DNA of 64,000 bases from the NCBI GenBank assembly GCA_030148325.1, contig JASBTR010000145.1, forward strand, positions 1,548 to 65,547. Reading direction: 5' to 3'. Under the pieces are notes generated by a model. It saw only the letters and a program-made list of their open reading frames with translations. It was not told the DNA's origin and made no database searches. Both the position numbers and the translations under genes were made by a program. This stretch comes from Gammaproteobacteria bacterium. Its GTDB lineage: Bacteria; Pseudomonadota; Gammaproteobacteria; UBA6429; Thiohalophilaceae. Position 1 is the first letter of the stretch, and each line of letters starts with the position of its first letter. This document shows, piece after piece, positions 58,910 to 64,000 of the stretch.

Positions 58910-59070
58910 AGGGTCTGTTGATCTTTCATCTATTGTCTGATTTTGGCTAATTTTAGCCCTGCCTGCGCTATTTTTTACTATCAATGGAGTGCATTGATAC
59001 GTAAAAAATGCCTTGTCAGGACTAAAATTTCCTCAAAATCAGCCTAACATCTGAAAGATCAACAGACCCT
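58910..59070. repeat. ~160-bp long imperfect palindrome (MITE-like or structured element)
   Basis: AGGGTCTGTTGATCTTTCA (58910..) pairs with TGAAAGATCAACAGACCCT (..59070). Internal segments (GATTTTGGCTAATTTTAGCCCTG / CAGGACTAAAATTTCCTCAAAATC, TATTTTTTAC / GTAAAAAATG) also pair. Confidence 0.8.
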
Positions 59071-59200
59071 GGGAATAATGGCCGTTTTTTGCATCGTTTT
59101 TAATGTGAGGCATAATGAGAGGGGAGCAAAGCCAAACTCAGCTTGGCAATGATTGGGAATACCGGTTGCTCAATACCACCCGCCCTGCGGGGGATCTTGA

Positions 59201-60751
59201 TTGTGGCGGTATGTCTGTGGAGCAAAAATGAAAAAGAACCTCGCGTTTACTCTTGTTATATGGCTGTTAATTTTCGCTGTGTTTGAGGCAGGAATTCGCC
59301 TATACGATTACACACAGAAAACCGCACTGGATGAGCCTGAATATACCTCTAATCCAACTTCCATTTTCGTTCCCCACCCCTTTACTACATATGCTGCAAA
59401 TCCAGATAATATAAATCATAATGCACAGGGCTACAGGGCGGAAAAAAACAGGCTATATAAATCTGATCCCGCCTCAATCAATATTGTGAGCCTGGGAGGA
59501 TCAAGTACCTATGGAACCAGGGTATACAATAAAGACAGTTACCCCTATCTGCTTGGAGAAATCTTACGGCGATCTACAGATACGGATAAAACAATAAATG
59601 TGATTAATGGTGGTCTTGGGGGCTACAGCACACCAAATATTATTGCCCTTCTGTCAGGAAAAATTATCCATCTGGACCCGGCATTAATAATATTCTATGT
59701 GGGTTTCAACGATGCCTGGACCAGACTAATGTTTTCAGATTTTAAAATGGATTATTCGCATGCGCAGAAATCCTGGGTGGAACCAGATTTTCAGTTCTGG
59801 AGATACAGCAGGGTTCTGGATCTGCTGGCAGGAAAATTAGGCTATCCATCTACAAAACCTCATATACATTCGGTTGCCTGGCGACAAATGAGCGGGAAGC
59901 CTGAAGCTAACTTACGCAATTCTTCGGCGGACGCATTTAAAGCTAATTTAATGACGCTTATTAGCATATCCAGAACACATGGGTCGATTCCGATATTGGT
60001 AACACAGGCGACAGATTTCAGGAATCATCCCTTACCGGCAAATAATAGCGCCTGGATACAGGCAATGGAGGAACATACCAATATTATCAGGCAGGTAGCT
60101 GCCGATATGTCAGTAGACCTGATTGATATTCGCAGCCCTATGATAGATAAGAAGGAATATTTTCTTGATGTGCTTCACATGAATGGGAAAGGGAATAGAA
60201 AACGCGCCGAAATCATTGCTGATTATATTATGCGAAATAAACTCCTGGGGAAAAATATAAAGGAAACAAAGTCGGCTACATTAGATCTGATAATCGAATA
60301 TATGAAATTACTGCGTGCCGACCTGTTCGTTAAGCGAGTGTTACGATACAGAATTAACGAATTAAGAAAGTCCGGCACAGAAATAAGTGTTGATGATGAG
60401 GCAAAAATTTTCGACGCATTTTCCAGTTTCAAAACTATTATTGCCACGTATTCACCGGTATACAAACATCTTTCCCGGCAGACACTGATCAAGGCAAATG
60501 AATTTTTTAGTTCTGACCTGGGAAGAAAGTCTGTTTCTATATATGCAAATGCTGGAAAATCCCCCCAAAGCAGCCTGACAAAAGATGAATTAAAGAAAAT
60601 CAGGGCTTACCAGGCTTCTGCCAGCTGGCAGGAAATCCAGAAACAAAGGCCGTACATTAACCGTGATGTGTCTAATATATCAGATCATGTTATAAAACAA
60701 ATTTTAACTGAAAAATTAAAATCACCTGTTTCTGAACAGACGATAAAATAA
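59201..60751 (+). CDS. SGNH/GDSL-type hydrolase with N-terminal TM anchor and ~170-aa C-terminal extension
   Basis: Blocks VSLGGSSTYG, GLGGYST, VGFNDA, DVLHMNGKGN. AT-rich. The ATG at 59228 (MKKNLAF..) is the likely start. Confidence 0.65.
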   Translation: MWRYVCGAKMKKNLAFTLVIWLLIFAVFEAGIRLYDYTQKTALDEPEYTSNPTSIFVPHPFTTYAANPDNINHNAQGYRAEKNRLYKSDPASINIVSLGGSSTYGTRVYNKDSYPYLLGEILRRSTDTDKTINVINGGLGGYSTPNIIALLSGKIIHLDPALIIFYVGFNDAWTRLMFSDFKMDYSHAQKSWVEPDFQFWRYSRVLDLLAGKLGYPSTKPHIHSVAWRQMSGKPEANLRNSSADAFKANLMTLISISRTHGSIPILVTQATDFRNHPLPANNSAWIQAMEEHTNIIRQVAADMSVDLIDIRSPMIDKKEYFLDVLHMNGKGNRKRAEIIADYIMRNKLLGKNIKETKSATLDLIIEYMKLLRADLFVKRVLRYRINELRKSGTEISVDDEAKIFDAFSSFKTIIATYSPVYKHLSRQTLIKANEFFSSDLGRKSVSIYANAGKSPQSSLTKDELKKIRAYQASASWQEIQKQRPYINRDVSNISDHVIKQILTEKLKSPVSEQTIK

Positions 60752-60781
60752 AGATGACTAAACTTTAACCTCTCCGGGTTT

Positions 60782-60934
60782 AATCTCTATGGGTTAAATT
60801 TCCCGCTGCCTGCAGCGAAAACCGGTAGGAGCGGGCTCGCCCGCGAATAGTTTTAGGTTCAGGCAACTGCATTCGCGAGCAAGCTCGCTCCTACGATTTA
60901 ATACCTGTTCGCTTGCGGCGGGGTTGTTTATTTT
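60782..60934. repeat. Inverted second copy of the 45.3-kb composite (REP pair plus flank modules)
   Basis: AATCTCTATGGGTTAAATTTCCCGCTGCC.. + GGTAGGAGCGGGCTCGCCCGCGAAT...ATTCGCGAGCAAGCTCGCTCCTAC + GATTTAATACCTGTTCGCTTGCGGCGGGGTTGTTTATTT is approximately the reverse complement of 45313..45455. Confidence 0.85.
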
Positions 60935-61030
60935 TCCGCATGGGCGACCGAAGGAAGTGCCTATGGTGCACAAAAATCCTGCCCACCCTTACCAGGCTTG
61001 TGGTGAAATTTCTTCCCCAACACGCCCCTA

Positions 61031-61046
61031 TGTCGGTTTTGCTACA
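61031..61046 (+). promoter_or_regulatory. NifA upstream activator sequence (TGT-N10-ACA)
   Basis: TGTCGGTTTTGCTACA, about 95 nt upstream of the -24 element below. Confidence 0.7.
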
Positions 61047-61129
61047 ATCGTATACGCTTTGTTGTTGCCTGTCGCACCACAATCAAATCAACATCGCCTA
61101 AGCAACTGTTTTTTCAATAAATATAATGC

Positions 61130-61144
61130 TGGCACAGCACTTGC
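61130..61144 (+). promoter_or_regulatory. Sigma-54 promoter of nifV
   Basis: TGGCACAGCACTTGC is an exact TGGCAC-N5-TTGC match, about 25 nt upstream of the nifV ATG. Confidence 0.8.
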
Positions 61145-61169
61145 TCCTGTTACTCTAACTGAGCAGAAC

Positions 61170-62309
61170 ATGATTACGATGCAGGTTTTAAAAGACAAAA
61201 TTATTATCGATGACACGACCCTTCGCGATGGCGAGCAGTCTGCGGGTGTTGCCTTTAGCCGGGAGGAAAAGCTTGCGATTGCCATACATCTGGATGCGCT
61301 GGGCGTGCCGGAATTGGAAGTCGGGATTCCGGCCATGGGTCGTGAGGAACAGGAAACCATTCAGGCGATTGCTGATCTGGATCTTGATGCCCGCCTGATC
61401 GCATGGTGTCGTATGGCGGACTATGATCTTCAGCAATGCCGTTATCTAAATATCGATATGGTTGATCTTTCGATACCGGTTTCTGATCAGCAAATCAGGC
61501 ACAAACTGGGGCACAGTCGGCAATGGGTATTGAGTGAAATTAAACGGCAGGTTCCGCTTGCGCAGGATATGGGGCTGGAGGTCTGTGTCGGCGGCGAAGA
61601 TGCATCGCGTGCCGATCCGGATTTTCTCGCTGAGGTTGTAGAGATAGCCCAGCGGGCCGGCGCACGCCGATTTCGTTTTGCCGACACGGTCGGCATCATG
61701 GAACCGTTTTCTGTTTATGAACGTATTCAGTATTTGCGCAGCATGGTGGATCTCGAACTTGAGATGCATGCGCATGATGATTTTGGCATGGCGACGGCGA
61801 ATACGCTGGCTGCTGTTCGCGCGGGTGCAAGCCATGTGAATACGACGGTACATGGTCTGGGGGAGCGGGCCGGCAATGCGCCGCTGGAAGAAGTGGTGAT
61901 GAGCTTAAAACACCTGTACCACGTCAACACCGGAATTGAGCTGCAGAATTTTTCCGCCCTGTCGAAACAGGTCGCGGATGCGTCAGGACGCCCGGTTGGC
62001 TGGCAAAAAAGTCTGGCAGGCGATGGTGCTTTCACCCATGAGGCGGGGATTCATGTCGATGGTCTGCTCAAGGATCCACGAAATTATCAGGGTGTGGATC
62101 CATCAGAACTTGGTCGGCAACACAGTCTGGTGCTGGGTAAACATTCAGGCACCCGCTCTCTGATGCATGCCTATAAGCATCTGGGCATGGACCTTAATCG
62201 GCAACAGGCGAGCCGCATTCTGGATCGCTTACGCAAATTTACAACCCGGTTTAAGCGCAGTCCAGAGGACGGCGAGTTACGCAGATTCTATGAGGAGCTC
62301 ACAGGTTAG
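61170..62309 (+). CDS. nifV: Homocitrate synthase NifV
   Basis: DTTLRDGEQSAGVAFSREEKLAIA...HAHDDFGMATANTLAA..VNTTVHGLGERAGNA. The track ORF start (60924) is a spurious extension through repeat and promoter DNA. Confidence 0.9.
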   Translation: MITMQVLKDKIIIDDTTLRDGEQSAGVAFSREEKLAIAIHLDALGVPELEVGIPAMGREEQETIQAIADLDLDARLIAWCRMADYDLQQCRYLNIDMVDLSIPVSDQQIRHKLGHSRQWVLSEIKRQVPLAQDMGLEVCVGGEDASRADPDFLAEVVEIAQRAGARRFRFADTVGIMEPFSVYERIQYLRSMVDLELEMHAHDDFGMATANTLAAVRAGASHVNTTVHGLGERAGNAPLEEVVMSLKHLYHVNTGIELQNFSALSKQVADASGRPVGWQKSLAGDGAFTHEAGIHVDGLLKDPRNYQGVDPSELGRQHSLVLGKHSGTRSLMHAYKHLGMDLNRQQASRILDRLRKFTTRFKRSPEDGELRRFYEELTG

Positions 62310-62327
62310 CCCTTAATGAATTCGTTT

Positions 62328-62360
62328 CCTGCAGGTTCGCCTTCAGGCGAACAACAGCGG
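62328..62360. repeat. GTTCGCCTTCAGGCGAAC hairpin module between nifV and nifW
   Basis: CCTGCAGGTTCGCCTTCAGGCGAACAACAGCGG is the reverse complement of 40801..40830 with 1-2 mismatches. Confidence 0.75.
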
Positions 62361-62380
62361 TTAAAAGTGGAGATAAAAAT

Positions 62381-62701
62381 ATGCCTGATACAGAACTGGA
62401 GCTGGATATGGAAGAGCTGGAGAGTGCAGAGGACTTCCTCGAATATTTTAAGATCAAGTATGACCCGGCCGTGGTGCAGGTTAATCGCCTGCATATATTG
62501 CAGCGCTTTCATGATTATTTATCTGCCGGCAGCTTACCTGCTGACGAAACACAACGCGCTAAACTTTATCGCGAATTACTGCAGAGCGCCTATGATGATT
62601 TTGTCAAATCCGATGCCCTGACCGAAAAAGTGTTCAATGTATTTAAGCTCCAAAAAGCACCGGCTTTTGTGCCATTGAGCAGCATTCTGATTGAAAACTG
62701 A
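62381..62701 (+). CDS. nifW: Nitrogenase-stabilising/protective protein NifW
   Basis: LESAEDFLEYFKIKYDPAVVQVNRLHILQRF matches the NifW N-terminus. GGAG RBS present. Confidence 0.85.
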   Translation: MPDTELELDMEELESAEDFLEYFKIKYDPAVVQVNRLHILQRFHDYLSAGSLPADETQRAKLYRELLQSAYDDFVKSDALTEKVFNVFKLQKAPAFVPLSSILIEN

Positions 62702-62714
62702 AGCGGAGTTAAGT

Positions 62715-63224
62715 ATGCGGCCGGAATATGATTTTGGAGATGCGGTTAGAGTATCGCGTAATCTGCGTAACGATGGCACCTGGCCCGGCCTGGATACAGG
62801 CAAGCTGCTGGTAAGACGTGGCAGTGTCGGCTATGTGCAGAATGTGGGTACATTTTTACAGGACCAGCTTATTTATTCCGTTCATTTTATGGATATCGAT
62901 CGAATTATCGGCTGCCGGGCGGAAGAGTTGCAGCCGGAAAAAGATCTCTGGGTTTTGAATCGTTTTGAATTTCGTGACCGGGTGGTTTCAGCGCGGCCAC
63001 TTAGCCTGCAGGGCAATGTCATTGTCGAACAGGGCACAGAAGGTGAAATCCAGAAAGTCCTGCGGAATACCCCGGACGGGATTTTTTATCTGTTCGATTT
63101 TCGGGCCGAACTTTGCAGGTGCCTGAATCGGCTATTGAACCTTCCGTGCCTAATCGTGAAACATATGTGGAGGCTTAAACAGTGGACGATTGCAGGTATG
63201 CCTTCCACCCTTCGGACGCCATGA
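62715..63224 (+). CDS. nifZ: NifZ (apparently frameshifted near 63098..63105)
   Basis: MRPEYDFGDAVRVSRNLRNDGTWPG...VRRGSVGYV...IYSVHF...RIIGCRAEEL is NifZ. After ..YLFDF the in-frame tail is Cys/Arg/Leu/Trp-rich, while the +1 frame reads SGRTLQVPESAIEP.. and stops at 63176..63178. Confidence 0.8.
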   Translation: MRPEYDFGDAVRVSRNLRNDGTWPGLDTGKLLVRRGSVGYVQNVGTFLQDQLIYSVHFMDIDRIIGCRAEELQPEKDLWVLNRFEFRDRVVSARPLSLQGNVIVEQGTEGEIQKVLRNTPDGIFYLFDFRAELCRCLNRLLNLPCLIVKHMWRLKQWTIAGMPSTLRTP

Positions 63225-64000
63225 GGCGCACAAACCTCATGACCGAGAAAGCGCCTGAATATGCCTATCATCTGTTGCGCAGTGCGTTGGAGAAATTTGG
63301 CCAGACGCCGGCTGAATTGACGGCCGATCAAATCACTGCCGCCCGAACTCAGGCAGATGCTACTTTCGAGCTTGAGTCTCGTGCCCTGTCATCATCTGAA
63401 ACGGATGACATTGTTATCTCCGAACAGCGTGTCGATGAGGCCCTGCAGGGTATCGCCAGTCGCTATGCAAGCCGGGAAGAGTTTCTTTCTGATCTCGCCC
63501 GCAATAACCTGAATGAAGGCCTGTTACGCACCGCTTTATATAGAGATCTGATGTTCGATGCGGTCATGGCGCGTGTGGCCGCAGATAGCATCGAGATCAG
63601 TGAGCTGGATATCCTGCTTTTCTATGAGGCGCACTGGGAACAGTTTGCCCGCCCGCAGACCCGTGTCGCCAGGCACATCCTGGTGACGGTCAATCCGGAA
63701 TTCCCGGACAATACACGGAAAAAAGCCAAACAAAGGATAAGCCTGATTCAAAAACGCCTGGCCGCCAATCCAGGGGGATTCGCGGAGCTGGCGCGCAGGT
63801 ATTCTGAGTGCCCCTCGGCGCTGGAAGGGGGCAGGCTCGGGCGTCTGCCACAGGGCAAGCTCTATCCTGAGCTGGATGAGGTGCTGTTCGAATTGCCTGA
63901 GGGCGGCATCAGCGACATCGTCGAAACAGAACTGGGCCTGCATTTACTTTATTGTGAAAAAATCTATCTCCCCAGAACCGCGCCCCTGTCGGAAGCCCAC
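63221..64000 (+). CDS. nifM: NifM, PpiC-type peptidyl-prolyl isomerase (3' end outside window)
   Basis: Open frame not in the track because it has no stop in the window. My translation gives ..ARHILVTVNPEF...YSECPSALEGGRLGRLPQGKLYPELDEVLFEL..ETELGLHLLYCEK (parvulin domain). The ATG overlaps the in-frame nifZ TGA (ATGA). Confidence 0.8.
   Translation, partial: MRRTNLMTEKAPEYAYHLLRSALEKFGQTPAELTADQITAARTQADATFELESRALSSSETDDIVISEQRVDEALQGIASRYASREEFLSDLARNNLNEGLLRTALYRDLMFDAVMARVAADSIEISELDILLFYEAHWEQFARPQTRVARHILVTVNPEFPDNTRKKAKQRISLIQKRLAANPGGFAELARRYSECPSALEGGRLGRLPQGKLYPELDEVLFELPEGGISDIVETELGLHLLYCEKIYLPRTAPLSEAH

Noticed and set aside
60924-61169. Long N-terminal extension of the nifV ORF in the track
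   Set aside because: It starts at a non-ATG codon inside the GGGGTTGTTTATTT repeat module and runs through the NifA UAS and the sigma-54 promoter. Homocitrate synthase homology begins at the ATG at 61170.

Overview
Chromosomal window from a gammaproteobacterium with Pseudomonas-like core synteny: secA-argJ-mutT/thiE, yacG-zapD-coaE-pilD-pilC-pilB-pilin, pgeF-rluD/bamD, and pilS-pilR. It also carries soxB, msrPQ and the start of a nif block (nifV-nifW-nifZ-nifM), so the host is probably a sulfur-oxidising diazotroph; the taxon cannot be fixed from this window. Three things stand out. (1) An accessory island of about 16.7 kb (about 10.1-26.7 kb), much of it visibly AT-rich, is wedged into the type IV pilus locus. 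One pilin paralogue lies at its left edge and a second pilin lies inside it. It encodes four glycosyltransferases, a WbdD-like methyltransferase/kinase-like fusion, a Wzx flippase, a frameshifted IS, a TMTC-like GT-C/TPR membrane enzyme, a TfpX/TfpZ-like accessory protein, an alkaline-phosphatase-superfamily membrane transferase and a second methyltransferase fusion. I read this as a large composite pilin glycan/phospho-form modification system. (2) Almost every intergenic gap outside the island holds unusual palindromic elements whose 24-27 nt arms are built from tandem 7-9 nt words (CGCARAG, GGTCACAGAG, GACGAGG). The arms differ between copies but stay self-complementary, one hairpin type has its loop flipped between copies, shared flanking modules carry different central palindromes, and several genes take their last codons and stop codon from these repeats. 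(3) In the nif block, nifV has a textbook NifA UAS plus sigma-54 promoter, and nifZ appears frameshifted. No CRISPR array, tRNA or rRNA was recognised. All coordinates I derived by hand may be off by 1-2 nt.
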